A DNA stretch of 64,000 nt, taken from positions 26,428 to 90,427 of IMG/VR virus record IMGVR_UViG_3300032116_000089; one strand, given 5' to 3'. The stretch is from a virus. The notes under the pieces are model-generated. The model saw only the letters and a program-made list of their open reading frames with translations, was not told the origin of the DNA and ran no database searches. A program made the translations under genes and the position numbers. Below are positions 40,962-50,559 of this stretch, piece by piece; positions within the stretch are counted from its first letter, which is position 1; every line of letters starts with the position of its first letter.

Positions 40962-42950
40962 TTAATACACATCTTTCATGTGATCAGAGAACCAGCTTGG
41001 GCCACTATATAGCCTCTCATCATTTTTTTCTGGAGTGTGGCCACCAGTTGCAAAACCTCCATAAAACTGATATTCTTCTGGGGTTGGAGTGCGTTGTATA
41101 GTTCTGCCAGCCATGTTAGACATCAAAAGAGCAGAATATCTATCTTTTCTCATTTTACTCTTTTTGCCAGTTCCAACGATAACTTCTGGAGTATCCCATC
41201 TATCTCTTCCGCTATTTGTCTGTGTCATCTGTATCATAGATAATTCATCTTTAAGTTCTTCAATGTCCATTACACATTCTTCAAGCGTGTCATACATCCT
41301 ATTTTTAAGACCGTCTTCAGAGTTGGACAAACCTAAAGTTACAGAGTCAAAAAATGGAAATAACAATACTTTATCTTCAAAATCTTTTCTCATACCATGA
41401 TTTGCTTCTGATAGCCACTCATATTTAGCAAATTGGCACATTTCAAGGATATGCAAGCCACGTTCTCCATCAGTATCTTTTGGTTTATTATCATCTATTA
41501 TAGGCCATATTGGCAACTCGCCATCTTTTATTTTATCATGGTCATGTAAAGATTCCATTATCGCAATACCGCCGCCCTGCGCATCCATAGAAATATGAAC
41601 GCATGGAAAAAGTTTCATCAAATCTCTGATTTTTCTGGCACAATATGCATAGAAATCACTTTCATTAGCATATCCCTTTTTAACTTTTTCTTTGTGTTCC
41701 TGCCTAGTAGTAGTCCAGCAATGTACTATTCTTCTATGATCTCCATTAATTTCTAGAACAACAATGCTAAAATTATCTACTTCGGATGCTGGGTCAACAC
41801 CAAAAATATATCGTTTATTTTTATCTCCGATTAGCGTAGCTTCGAACTTAATTGTATTTCCAGCTGAGTCTTTAATTGGATATTCATCACTGCCAACTAC
41901 GCAAGATTCTATTAGTGATCTTTTAAAGAATCCTTGACTGTCTCTAGTGAAGCAAGCGCCATATTCCATCTGATAAATACCAGCATGTACGGTAGCTTTT
42001 GATCTTGCTACTTGGTCAGCATCCATAAAGCCTGCTGGTAAAAGTTCATACGGCATTCTTATTATAGAGTATTGACGCCAATCAAATGTCTCTGGGGGCT
42101 TATCGCCGCCAAATACATCTGTCAATTTAGCAATATTTCCGCGACTCTTGATAATGGCTTTCCACTTTTTCCAGTATGTTGCAAAGTGATTGAAGTCATA
42201 ATATGCTGTGCCAGATAGTATAATTTGATTATCTTTGATTTCTGGGTTGTCTTCTTCAGTTTCTAACTCTATGCCTAGTTCAGCAGCTTTTTTCTTAGCT
42301 GACATTCTTTTAACATTCTGAACTGGATCTGCACTTACGGCAGCGAAACCGGCGACAACATTTTCAAAGATATCTCTAGGAATAGAGGCAAATTCGTCAG
42401 CAATAATATCATTTGCTCTTTGGCCTCTAATCTTCTGTCCGTCGCCAAGAGGCAAGCAAGTTATGACGCTCTCATTGATTCTCATAGTGCAGCGATCAAC
42501 ATCTCTGGTTGGACCACTATTACTATCACACATATCTCTTAACATTGGGGCGTTACGCCATATAGTTTCCATATATTCAAATAACACTTTTGACTGTCTA
42601 AATGCGGCACCAACAATAACAATTTTCCTTTTTGGTAATAGCATCCCGCGAATGATAGAATATAGTGCTAATTGAAATGATTTTCCAAGACCTCGACTGC
42701 CCACAAGCATAGGGAACTTTCTAACCCATAATTCATTGATAATTAAGGATTGTGATGGTAACAGTTGAATGTTGAGTATTTGATGACATAAAAATGATAA
42801 ATACTCTGGTCTACTCATCAGCCAAGAAAGCTTCAAATGAAAGTCATCATCAGAAGAATTAAGTATAGACATTGGATTAAAGATGTCAGTATCAATAACA
42901 TCTAATCCAAGCCAAGCCTCATCGATTACTTTAAGCTTGTCTTTACTCAT
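40962..42950 (-). CDS. terL: Terminase large subunit
   Basis: Walker A GSRGLGKS, Walker B RGQRANDIIADEF, coupling motif LSGT, nuclease GVDPA and C-terminal KDRYSA. Confidence 0.93.
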   Translation of the reverse strand: MSKDKLKVIDEAWLGLDVIDTDIFNPMSILNSSDDDFHLKLSWLMSRPEYLSFLCHQILNIQLLPSQSLIINELWVRKFPMLVGSRGLGKSFQLALYSIIRGMLLPKRKIVIVGAAFRQSKVLFEYMETIWRNAPMLRDMCDSNSGPTRDVDRCTMRINESVITCLPLGDGQKIRGQRANDIIADEFASIPRDIFENVVAGFAAVSADPVQNVKRMSAKKKAAELGIELETEEDNPEIKDNQIILSGTAYYDFNHFATYWKKWKAIIKSRGNIAKLTDVFGGDKPPETFDWRQYSIIRMPYELLPAGFMDADQVARSKATVHAGIYQMEYGACFTRDSQGFFKRSLIESCVVGSDEYPIKDSAGNTIKFEATLIGDKNKRYIFGVDPASEVDNFSIVVLEINGDHRRIVHCWTTTRQEHKEKVKKGYANESDFYAYCARKIRDLMKLFPCVHISMDAQGGGIAIMESLHDHDKIKDGELPIWPIIDDNKPKDTDGERGLHILEMCQFAKYEWLSEANHGMRKDFEDKVLLFPFFDSVTLGLSNSEDGLKNRMYDTLEECVMDIEELKDELSMIQMTQTNSGRDRWDTPEVIVGTGKKSKMRKDRYSALLMSNMAGRTIQRTPTPEEYQFYGGFATGGHTPEKNDERLYSGPSWFSDHMKDVY

Positions 42951-43585
42951 TCTGTAAAGTGCCAATTACGCAATATAGAGTCAGCAAAACCATAGTAAAC
43001 TGCTTCTTCTGCATTTAAATACCAATCTCCAGACTTTAGCTTGCGAATTAAATATTGTTTTACTTGTTTAACACTAGGTTTTTTACCAAATTTCTCATAA
43101 AAGAACTTTCCTTCTACACATCTAGTAGCATATACATTAAACATAGTGTCGGCAGTTTTTCGTTCATAATCAGCTTGATTCATTGCACTTAGATAATCAG
43201 TATTTATATCTGATGACCCATAATGACTCATAAAATGGGCGTTTGGAGTCATATAACGATAATCAGCAGCCTGCATAAAAATACTACTCATGGACTCAGC
43301 TTGCCCATATATAATAATAGTTACATATGATCTACACATCTGTATAGCATCATATATTGCCATACCATCAGTCCATTCGCCGCCAATACTATGACAATGA
43401 ATAGTGATATTGGCATTGCTTCTCATGTCTAATGCTCTTAAGTTCTTAATAAAAGTATTGGACATTTTATATTCTACACCGGGATTTTGATTATCTTCAG
43501 CATGGTAATGATTGTGAAGAAATATTTCCCTAGTGGCAATATTAGCTCCATAGTCATGAAAATCTTTCAATAGTTCTGGTTCCAT
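42947..43585 (-). CDS. clpP: ClpP-like serine protease
   Basis: HSIGG...GMAIYD...GQAESMSS...NAHFMSH...DWYLNAEEAVYYGFAD. Confidence 0.88.
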   Translation of the reverse strand: MEPELLKDFHDYGANIATREIFLHNHYHAEDNQNPGVEYKMSNTFIKNLRALDMRSNANITIHCHSIGGEWTDGMAIYDAIQMCRSYVTIIIYGQAESMSSIFMQAADYRYMTPNAHFMSHYGSSDINTDYLSAMNQADYERKTADTMFNVYATRCVEGKFFYEKFGKKPSVKQVKQYLIRKLKSGDWYLNAEEAVYYGFADSILRNWHFTE

Positions 43586-44085
43586 TATTTTTTCCTCCCT
43601 ATTGTGTACATTTCATTTACTCTTTTTAGGATACTACTAACTGCGAGAAAAGCATTATATTTATTGCCACAAAAAAGAATATGAACATTATTGTATAATT
43701 GAAACTCAAAAAGACATTTTAGCATGTACTTGCCAGTTATTTTTAATGATGCTTTATTTTTAACTGGTATTCTAGTTTCTTCTGGAAATTTTATCAAATC
43801 TTCTAGCGAAAACTCTAGTACTATAAATTTGTGTGGAAACGATTCCATTCTTTCTATTTCTGCTAAGAATGCATGTTTCTTTTGACCCAAGTTTATTGCC
43901 AGTTCTTCTACGCAACCTTTGCGTTCTATACAGATTTTATCTTCCATCCCTTTTATGGAATAGTCCCCAGTATCTAATTTTTCTTCTATCATGCCAGCAC
44001 AAGTATTGAACGCACTAAAGAAATAGCCGTCTTGCTCTCTTGTATCTTTGATTACAGTGAATGGGGGAGCTACTTTATAAGTCAT
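43585..44085 (-). CDS. ERCC4/XPF-family nuclease
   Basis: DTREQ...LDTGDYSI...IERK motif. Confidence 0.85.
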   Translation of the reverse strand: MTYKVAPPFTVIKDTREQDGYFFSAFNTCAGMIEEKLDTGDYSIKGMEDKICIERKGCVEELAINLGQKKHAFLAEIERMESFPHKFIVLEFSLEDLIKFPEETRIPVKNKASLKITGKYMLKCLFEFQLYNNVHILFCGNKYNAFLAVSSILKRVNEMYTIGRKK

Positions 44086-44335
44086 TAATTATTATCCTAA
44101 ACATATTTTCGTATTGATGTTCATATCCCTTAATAGAGTCGTGGCACTTTCTGCATAAAGTAATTCCATTAGAAGTTTCATATCTCAATGCGCTGGCTCT
44201 AGACCACTTTTTAATATGGTGTACTTGAAGTTGCGTTTTCTTTCCGCATCCCGGCATCATGCACTTTCTTTTATCTCTTTTAAGAACAGATTTTCTAAAT
44301 TGCTCATATGCTGGATCGTCATAATTTCTTTTCAT
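44075..44335 (-). CDS. HNH endonuclease
   Basis: RD...C...C....LQVHH...NGITLCRKCH. Confidence 0.9.
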   Translation of the reverse strand: MKRNYDDPAYEQFRKSVLKRDKRKCMMPGCGKKTQLQVHHIKKWSRASALRYETSNGITLCRKCHDSIKGYEHQYENMFRIIINDL

Positions 44336-44580
44336 AGTTGATATATTTTATCTATTCTAGATCTTCTGCGTATGTCTCTACATACTATTCGCATTTCTAT
44401 AGAAGTATTTTGTTTCATGATTATATTAATTAAATCATTTAGTGCTTCAAAACACGCTTCGTCTGGATCCTTGGCTGTAATAAAAATAGTTGGAAATGGG
44501 CTATTATAAGATTTAAGAAATAGGTGTTTTATTTTAATGAAGACATTCGATATGTCTAGCATTATTCTGTAGTTTCTCAT
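44332..44580 (-). CDS. Hypothetical protein
   Basis: Overlapping operon ORF. Confidence 0.55.
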   Translation of the reverse strand: MRNYRIMLDISNVFIKIKHLFLKSYNSPFPTIFITAKDPDEACFEALNDLINIIMKQNTSIEMRIVCRDIRRRSRIDKIYQL

Positions 44581-45622
44581 TTAACTTTTCATCTATCATG
44601 AGTTTAATAAGACCATTTAGATCATATTTTGGATTCCATCCCAGTTTATTTCTTGCTTTAGTAGATCTGCCACGTAGGTAATCTACTTCCGCAGGTCTAT
44701 AGAATTTTTGATCTATGCCAACTAAATTATCCCATTCTATATTAAAATACCCAAAAGACACATCAAGTAAATCTTTTATGGAATATGTATTCTCTGTACA
44801 GATTACATAATCATCTGGTTCATCTTGCTGCAACATCATCCACATTGCTTCGACATAATCGCCAGCATAACCCCAATCTCTATAGGCATCTAAATTACCT
44901 AACATTAATTTAGGAAACTTTTTATCATATAATCCAAAGATTTCTATGTCGGAGTAGCATAGGTGTTTTATGTCAAAACTGTTATACTCTAGCCAATTAA
45001 TAAAACTAACTACCCAATTCACTACTTTTTTGGTGACAAAATTGTCGCCTCTGCGTGGCCCCTCATGATTAAACAATATTCCACAATTTCCATGAATGCC
45101 ATATGCTTCACGGTATAGTCTAACGGCGTAGTGAGATGCCGCTTTAGCTATGGCGTATGGAGACTGAGGCAAAAATCTAGTATTTTCGTCTTGGTATTTA
45201 ATACCATTGGCGTCAATGTCATATGATTTTCCAAACATTTCGCTAGAAGAAGCTTGATAAAATCTTGAACCAAGCATTTCAAGATCAACCATACTTTGTA
45301 ATATATTAAGACAGCCTTTACCGGTTATATCCCAAGTTAGGGATGGCTGCGTGAATGATGTGCCTACGTGCGATTGAGCCGCTAGATTATAGATTTCATC
45401 TACATCTTCGTTATTTCTAAATATATTGATGACACTGCTTGTATCTGTTATATCACCCTCTTCCAATTTGAATCTAGGATGATTTAATATATGTTTTATT
45501 CTTTGTGTATTATCTGTGCTTGCTCTTCTGCTAACCCCAATTACTTCGTAGTCTTTCTCTAATAATAGATCAGCTAAGTGGCTACCGTCTTGTCCTGTTA
45601 TTCCAAATATTATTGATTTCAT
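44534..45622 (-). CDS. gmd: GDP-mannose 4,6-dehydratase
   Basis: GITGQDGS, NLAAQSHV, YQASSSEMFG, SPYAIAK, LFNHE, RDWGYAGDYV, RPAEVD. Confidence 0.96.
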   Translation of the reverse strand: MKSIIFGITGQDGSHLADLLLEKDYEVIGVSRRASTDNTQRIKHILNHPRFKLEEGDITDTSSVINIFRNNEDVDEIYNLAAQSHVGTSFTQPSLTWDITGKGCLNILQSMVDLEMLGSRFYQASSSEMFGKSYDIDANGIKYQDENTRFLPQSPYAIAKAASHYAVRLYREAYGIHGNCGILFNHEGPRRGDNFVTKKVVNWVVSFINWLEYNSFDIKHLCYSDIEIFGLYDKKFPKLMLGNLDAYRDWGYAGDYVEAMWMMLQQDEPDDYVICTENTYSIKDLLDVSFGYFNIEWDNLVGIDQKFYRPAEVDYLRGRSTKARNKLGWNPKYDLNGLIKLMIDEKLNEKLQNNARHIECLH

Positions 45623-45631
45623 ATTAGTCCT

Positions 45632-46498
45632 TTAAAAAAATAAGTTGGAGTATTGGCTATAATGACCCCAGTATGGATCTTCGCTAAATGTATCTTTGCT
45701 ATATATTACATAATGAGAAGTAAAATGTCTTCCATGATTTACATGAATGCTTGGATTTTTACATTTCCAAAAATTTATTTTAACATGTGGTTCAACAAGT
45801 CCAGAATTTAACAATATAGCATTTGGAAGAATAGATTCGAAATGATTGATGGCAAAATCCATTTTCATAGTTATTTGACTTAATGGTTGGTGATTAGCAT
45901 TTTGTGGTTGAAATCCGCTTTTGCACAAACCAATATAGTTTGAATTAGATATACATTCATTGTCGAAATCGTCATAATCAAAATAGCCCTCTGGATATAG
46001 AACATCATGCTCTAAAAAGCTAACATATTTGTAATCACCAGTAGCTCTTCCCATATACAAACATTGTAATATTTGTAAAGTTTGATTAAGGTGAGAAGAA
46101 GTTTTAGTCCAAGATATAGTCTCTAAGAAAGGGTTTTTATTTCCAAAACTATTCCATACATTTGTTATTATATCTGCTTTACCATCTGCGGCCTTCTTAA
46201 TACATTCTAATGATTTGAGTATACAAGGATTTATTTTATCTTCATTGTTATTAGAATAGAATATACCTAATCTAGACTGTTTAGTTTTTGGCAAAGTAAT
46301 AAAAGAATTCTCTTGTACAGAATACTGTTCAGATATCCCGTTAATTTCTGCATCTATAATGAGATGTTTAATTTTTCCAACACAAGGATCTCCAAAAATT
46401 GAATTGGAAGCTTGTATAACAAGGCTATTATTTTTAACTCTTGATGTTACGATATCTGTTACATCTTTGTCGCCATATATGGCCTTAATAATTTTCAT
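45632..46498 (-). CDS. Glycosyltransferase-like protein with N-terminal lectin-like domain
   Basis: IIKAIYG...DVT...FGDP N-terminal domain; FLEHDVLY acidic motif in a GT-A-like position; next to gmd. Confidence 0.55.
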   Translation of the reverse strand: MKIIKAIYGDKDVTDIVTSRVKNNSLVIQASNSIFGDPCVGKIKHLIIDAEINGISEQYSVQENSFITLPKTKQSRLGIFYSNNNEDKINPCILKSLECIKKAADGKADIITNVWNSFGNKNPFLETISWTKTSSHLNQTLQILQCLYMGRATGDYKYVSFLEHDVLYPEGYFDYDDFDNECISNSNYIGLCKSGFQPQNANHQPLSQITMKMDFAINHFESILPNAILLNSGLVEPHVKINFWKCKNPSIHVNHGRHFTSHYVIYSKDTFSEDPYWGHYSQYSNLFF

Positions 46499-47280
46499 TC
46501 TATCACCGTATCTGGAGTTAAGAATGGTTGGTCAATTTGCCCGTCTTCATATTTATGGAACGCGCTCAAGCGTTCCCTCTCTTTCATCATAGCCAATCTC
46601 ATCTTTTCCATTTCAATCCCGTATCGTTTCAGCGTTTCGGGGTCTTGCATTAGGTGAGCTACCCAAGAAGTAAAGCTCTGCTTACTATCTTCAAGTCTCT
46701 TGATGCGCTGCTCGCGTGTGCCTTTCATTTCTCGTAGTATAGCGGCCTTCTTGGTCTGAAGTTCGCGGTAGTCGCGGTTAAGAGCCTCTTGAGAGGCCCG
46801 TAAGGATGCTAATTGACGCTCTAGATTTAGAACATAGTCATGGTCGCGTTGATCTTTATCTACGGCGCGCTCGTCTGCTAACATTTTTTCTAAGGTAGTC
46901 ATCTCATTAAGGTTATCTTTATTACTTTTTAAGCAGCGGTTCATAAGTATTTCAAGCTTTATAACATCAACTACCTGTAGCTCTTCTGTTGGAAATACAT
47001 CATCCTTGAACTGTGAAATTATGCGCGACCAGTGGTATTTAAAAAGCTCTAACTCAGAAGGAGTAAATTGACTCTCTAATTCTACCCAGTATGGGCGACT
47101 TTCTAGTGAATACGCGGCGGCCTCTTCATTAGACAGGCCCACTTGGAATTTTCTTTTGACGAAGCTGTCTATGCTCTCAACGTCGCGGTCAAGTTGCTTT
47201 GCAATGTCCTCGACGGTAACGTGGTCTATTAGGCGACCGATTATTCGCTCCTCATCTTTAGAGATTCTACCCTTCTTCAT
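46495..47280 (-). CDS. HTH plus coiled-coil protein, possible terminase small subunit
   Basis: N-terminal EDIAKQLDR HTH; long coiled coil; upstream of packaging genes. Confidence 0.4.
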   Translation of the reverse strand: MKKGRISKDEERIIGRLIDHVTVEDIAKQLDRDVESIDSFVKRKFQVGLSNEEAAAYSLESRPYWVELESQFTPSELELFKYHWSRIISQFKDDVFPTEELQVVDVIKLEILMNRCLKSNKDNLNEMTTLEKMLADERAVDKDQRDHDYVLNLERQLASLRASQEALNRDYRELQTKKAAILREMKGTREQRIKRLEDSKQSFTSWVAHLMQDPETLKRYGIEMEKMRLAMMKERERLSAFHKYEDGQIDQPFLTPDTVIE

Positions 47281-47755
47281 CTAGCAACTCCTTAATTAAC
47301 GCAATGATTTCTTCTCTTCTCTTTTTAGGAACGTAAACGTCATTTATTATTTTGAGATAGTCAGAACGGTATTCTGATGGTAACTTGCTATCAATAGACT
47401 CTTGTAAGGACTTGGCATCTATTTTATTGTCGTTTTCGTGGTGTTCTGCGGGAATAAAATCTTCATAAGATAAACTACTAGGTTTAAGTATCTTCTTCTT
47501 ATCTTCTTCGCCCTTAATATAGAAATTATCACGAACAAAATTCTTCAGTCTATTTGAAAGATGAACGGCCAAGAAATTTTCAAGGGGGCGTTTTTGATCG
47601 TAGCGATCCAGCGCATCCATGCAAATAATAAAAGCTTCTTGTTTTATATCTTCAAGCTCATATCCATGAAAAGTATAGCGGGCCGATATCCTATTAACGA
47701 CAATGTTAATCTGATCTATAACCTGTTGTTCTGTCATGTTTTTAGGAACTTTCAT
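47267..47755 (-). CDS. Phage sigma-factor-like protein (region 2; putative late sigma)
   Basis: EDIKQEAFIICMDALDRYD..RPLENFL..HLSNRLKNF resembles sigma70 region 2; no obvious region 4. Confidence 0.7.
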   Translation of the reverse strand: MKVPKNMTEQQVIDQINIVVNRISARYTFHGYELEDIKQEAFIICMDALDRYDQKRPLENFLAVHLSNRLKNFVRDNFYIKGEEDKKKILKPSSLSYEDFIPAEHHENDNKIDAKSLQESIDSKLPSEYRSDYLKIINDVYVPKKRREEIIALIKELLDEEG

Positions 47756-48420
47756 TCCTCGTTTTCTGACCATTGTAGCGATCTCCATCTTGTTCCATCA
47801 AAAAATTTTAAAGAGTCTGTTTTTTCATCATAAGAAAAATGTTTAATAGACTTGGACACAATATCTGAAAATTCATCACTAACAAACGATACGCTACGAA
47901 GATCACTGTCATTTACGCGAGCTAAGAAAGAGTGGGGCTTTATTTGAATAGAATGAGGGCGGGCAAATCCTTTAGACGATAAAACGCAGTTGTCATCATG
48001 AAGGGCGAATGCGTATTCTTCTGGATAAGATGCTATTAATAGATTAATGCGAGAGGGGTCACAAACAAACTTGACGCTAATGCTCTTAACTAGTTGCCTG
48101 TGATCTAATCGCTTGCCCTCAAATATGGGTATGGAGCGTTTTAGTATTCTATTGGGGCCGTCTTGATATATATAACCAAAACCGCTTTCGTGACGAACGA
48201 CTTCGTTATCGACTAGCGATAGTACAGTATAGTAAAACTTATTGTCTTCACCAAACTCAAAATGCTTGTGAATCAAGCAATCTTCATTAATGATACCATA
48301 GTATTGGGCGAATGATAGTTTATAATTAGCCCTATCTATACCATCAATACCACAAAGAACTAAATCATTGCTATTATCTAAATTAGATACTAATTCAATC
48401 GCTGGAGTTTGCTTGGTCAT
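47752..48420 (-). CDS. Hypothetical protein
   Basis: Coupled ORF. Confidence 0.6.
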   Translation of the reverse strand: MTKQTPAIELVSNLDNSNDLVLCGIDGIDRANYKLSFAQYYGIINEDCLIHKHFEFGEDNKFYYTVLSLVDNEVVRHESGFGYIYQDGPNRILKRSIPIFEGKRLDHRQLVKSISVKFVCDPSRINLLIASYPEEYAFALHDDNCVLSSKGFARPHSIQIKPHSFLARVNDSDLRSVSFVSDEFSDIVSKSIKHFSYDEKTDSLKFFDGTRWRSLQWSENEE

Positions 48421-48556
48421 CGTTATCCTCATTACTGTTGTCTTTTTGGAGCAACGAAGCTAATGATCCATCCTGCTTGTTCATATCTTCTAGTATTTCG
48501 TCTTGAAATGAGGCTGTTGCCTTGCAATCCAATTGCGTTTCGATTGTTTGTTTCAT
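48395..48556 (-). CDS. Small acidic protein (53 aa), first gene of the late operon; not in ORF track
   Basis: AGGAGA RBS; MKQTIETQLDCK...; GTGTATA motif upstream. Confidence 0.55.
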   Translation of the reverse strand: MKQTIETQLDCKATASFQDEILEDMNKQDGSLASLLQKDNSNEDNDDQANSSD

Positions 48557-48766
48557 ATATTGTCTCCTATACATTGTTATACACTCAGTAACGATATTTT
48601 GGCAGATTCATGCGTTGCTAGTAGGGGCAATCGGGGAGGATAGGGTAGTACATTAATATATATTTTGTGAATTTTGTTAGAACCACCCCTCGTTTTTCCC
48701 ACAAATCTCACCCAAGCATTCTATAAGATAAAACCCCCCGGTATCCCACCTTAACATTCTCATGGT

Positions 48767-48812
48767 GGGTGGGCCGCGTGTGACGTAAACCCTTGGTACG
48801 TATAGACTTACG
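48767..48812 (+). repeat. Composite repeat R1 (GC core + right palindrome)
   Basis: GGCCGC at 48772; CGTAAACCCTT-N7-ATAGACTTACG at 48784. Confidence 0.85.
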
Positions 48813-48878
48813 ACGAGTATGTGTGATGGGAATAGAGTATGCAGTGCATAGTATGTGTGCATGGTAAGATGGGTAAGG

Positions 48879-49046
48879 TGTTGCATAATGATACAATACC
48901 TCAATATCTCGGCCTAAAACACTAACGCAAAATGCTACACGCTGTAGCAAAATGCTACGCTCAATACCTAGGCACAAAAAATGTCATAGCGTTTTCCCCG
49001 AGAAATACGCACAAAAAAATAATCTATGCTTGGCACGGCGATTGCT
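48879..49046 (+). promoter_or_regulatory. sigma54 promoter with three upstream activator sites, copy 1
   Basis: TGGCAC-GGCGA-TTGCT at 49031; TGTAGCAAAATGCTACA-like boxes at 48879, 48923, 48943. Confidence 0.8.
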
Positions 49047-49079
49047 CTTATATATGGCATAAGAAAGAGAGAAAGAAAG

Positions 49080-49211
49080 ATGATTACGATGATTAAGATT
49101 ACCCAAAACACTACTGCTATGGTAAAGAATGGTAAGGTAATATACCTTATTCAGAATGGAAAGATTACCCAAGATCCTTTGAAGGTTCGATACTTTCAGA
49201 GGATGATCTGA
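49080..49211 (+). CDS. Small early protein (43 aa)
   Basis: Follows the sigma54 promoter and a purine-rich leader. Confidence 0.6.
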   Translation: MITMIKITQNTTAMVKNGKVIYLIQNGKITQDPLKVRYFQRMI

Positions 49212-49239
49212 ACCTTACGAAAGATTCAGAATCAAGCCC

Positions 49240-49267
49240 TTGACAACCAAAAGCCGATAAGTATAAT
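49240..49267 (+). promoter_or_regulatory. sigma70 promoter, first of about 20 (others at 49497, 49707, 50765, 51150, 51856, 52425, 53041, 53619, 53741, 54023, 54180, 55446, 57254, 58835, 59318, 60602, 60929, 61774, 62689, 62950)
   Basis: TTGACA-N16-TATAAT here; the others are mostly TTGAC(A/T)-N16/17-TA(G/T/C)AAT, often with extended -10 TG. Confidence 0.85.
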
Positions 49268-49290
49268 AGAGAAAGAAAGAGAAAAAGAAA

Positions 49291-49500
49291 ATGGAAAAGT
49301 CCACTACAGTTAACAGTTTCATCCGTTCCCTTCCGCCAGTTTACACGCACGATAATGTAGTGCATATGAAAAATGGCAAATCCTACAGGGTATACCGCTG
49401 CGGTTCCCTTGGTGCGGTTTACCGCTACATGCGTTCCCAAGGTTTCGATACTAACGACATTGTTAGGGTCGATCTGGTTCCCGCAAAAAATCGGGCTTGA
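49291..49500 (+). CDS. Small early protein
   Basis: Own promoter and leader. Confidence 0.7.
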   Translation: MEKSTTVNSFIRSLPPVYTHDNVVHMKNGKSYRVYRCGSLGAVYRYMRSQGFDTNDIVRVDLVPAKNRA

Positions 49501-49548
49501 CACCCTAGAAAAATCTGCTAGAATAAGAGAAAGAAAAGGAAAAAGAAA

Positions 49549-49710
49549 ATGAAGACTTGGACACAAGATCACCGATACATCGTTTGGACAGTGACTGAGG
49601 GTACGCGAAACCATTACGATCTATACGTTGGCGGTGTACTCAAGTACACTAATCTTCCATTCGAAGAGTTCTATCCTATCTACAAAAAAGAATGCGAAAA
49701 GGGGGCTTGA
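49549..49710 (+). CDS. Small early protein (53 aa)
   Basis: MKTWTQDHRY...; own promoter. Confidence 0.7.
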   Translation: MKTWTQDHRYIVWTVTEGTRNHYDLYVGGVLKYTNLPFEEFYPIYKKECEKGA

Positions 49711-49759
49711 CACCTAAAAGCAATACGCTACAATAGAATCAACACAAGGGAAAAAAGAA

Positions 49760-49909
49760 ATGACCATCCAAGTCCAAAACACTGTTCGCTGCCTAGTCGC
49801 CCGTCATGGATATTCGGCCACGTTCGTGCAGCACATGGGCGAAGGTATCGTGTTGTATAGCATCGGCGGTATCATGTACCGTATTCGTGGTGATGGTACG
49901 ATTCTCTAA
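49760..49909 (+). CDS. Small early protein (49 aa)
   Basis: MTIQVQNTVR...; own promoter. Confidence 0.7.
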   Translation: MTIQVQNTVRCLVARHGYSATFVQHMGEGIVLYSIGGIMYRIRGDGTIL

Positions 49910-49959
49910 GGTATTTGACAGGCCAGAATCCGATAAGTAAGAAAGAAAGAGAGAACCAA

Positions 49960-50190
49960 ATGAGAATCCCCAAAGAGTCAACCATTCGTCAAAATTTTCG
50001 TGCCTATGCCTACAAGGCTGGCTTCACGATCCTTCCGCAAACGAATGGCCTTTACAACGTGTTCGATAATCGCGTAGGCTATACCGTGAACCGGAATCGA
50101 ACCATGTGCGAAGTGGTGCGAATCATCATCGACGAAATGCACATGATCGAATACAACCGAAAGAATCGTTCCCCCGTTGTGGGGGCTTGA
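49960..50190 (+). CDS. Small early protein, paralog of 50560..50757
   Basis: Shared K.GF...G.Y...D...GY.V...VVR.I.DE..MIEYN.KNRS. Confidence 0.8.
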   Translation: MRIPKESTIRQNFRAYAYKAGFTILPQTNGLYNVFDNRVGYTVNRNRTMCEVVRIIIDEMHMIEYNRKNRSPVVGA

Positions 50191-50241
50191 CAACTGGAGT
50201 AGGGGGTGAAAGGGTGTACACCACTACTTAGGGGGGTTGCC

Positions 50242-50286
50242 GGGGGGCCGCATTCGACGTAAACCCTTACGCCACAAAGACTTACG
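50242..50286 (+). repeat. Composite repeat R2 (core + right palindrome)
   Basis: GGCCGC at 50246; palindrome at 50258. Confidence 0.85.
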
Positions 50287-50365
50287 ACGAGTAACGACGC
50301 AACTACAATGCCAAGGAATAAAAAAATCCTATGCTCACAGAATGGGCATGGTAAGATGGGTAACC

Positions 50366-50534
50366 CGTCGCAAAATGCTACACTACCATAGTTTCGCGGC
50401 TGAAATCGCTAACGCAAAATGATACAGTGTGTTGCAAAATGCTACGCTCAAAATCTAGGCACAAAAAATAGCATAGCGTTTTTCCCGAGGAAAACAGCAC
50501 TTCAGAATATTTCTGTATTGGCACACCGATTGCT
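50366..50534 (+). promoter_or_regulatory. sigma54 promoter with three upstream activator sites, copy 2
   Basis: TGGCAC-ACCGA-TTGCT at 50519; boxes at 50366, 50410, 50430. Confidence 0.8.
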
Positions 50535-50559
50535 CTATATAAGGGTAAAGAAAGAGAGA

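Noticed and set aside
149-48420. Alternative genetic code or introns/inteins in core genes
   Set aside because: Genes tile tightly under the standard code; TerL, portal and MCP are uninterrupted; no suppressor tRNA seen
48600-48620. TGGCAGATTCATGC as a sigma54 site
   Set aside because: GG-to-GC spacing is 9, not the obligatory 10
48677-48977. Minus-strand ORFs over the divergence region (and similar ORFs at 50237, 60506, 62568)
   Set aside because: Translations of regulatory repeats (KxLxxKDLRR); no RBS
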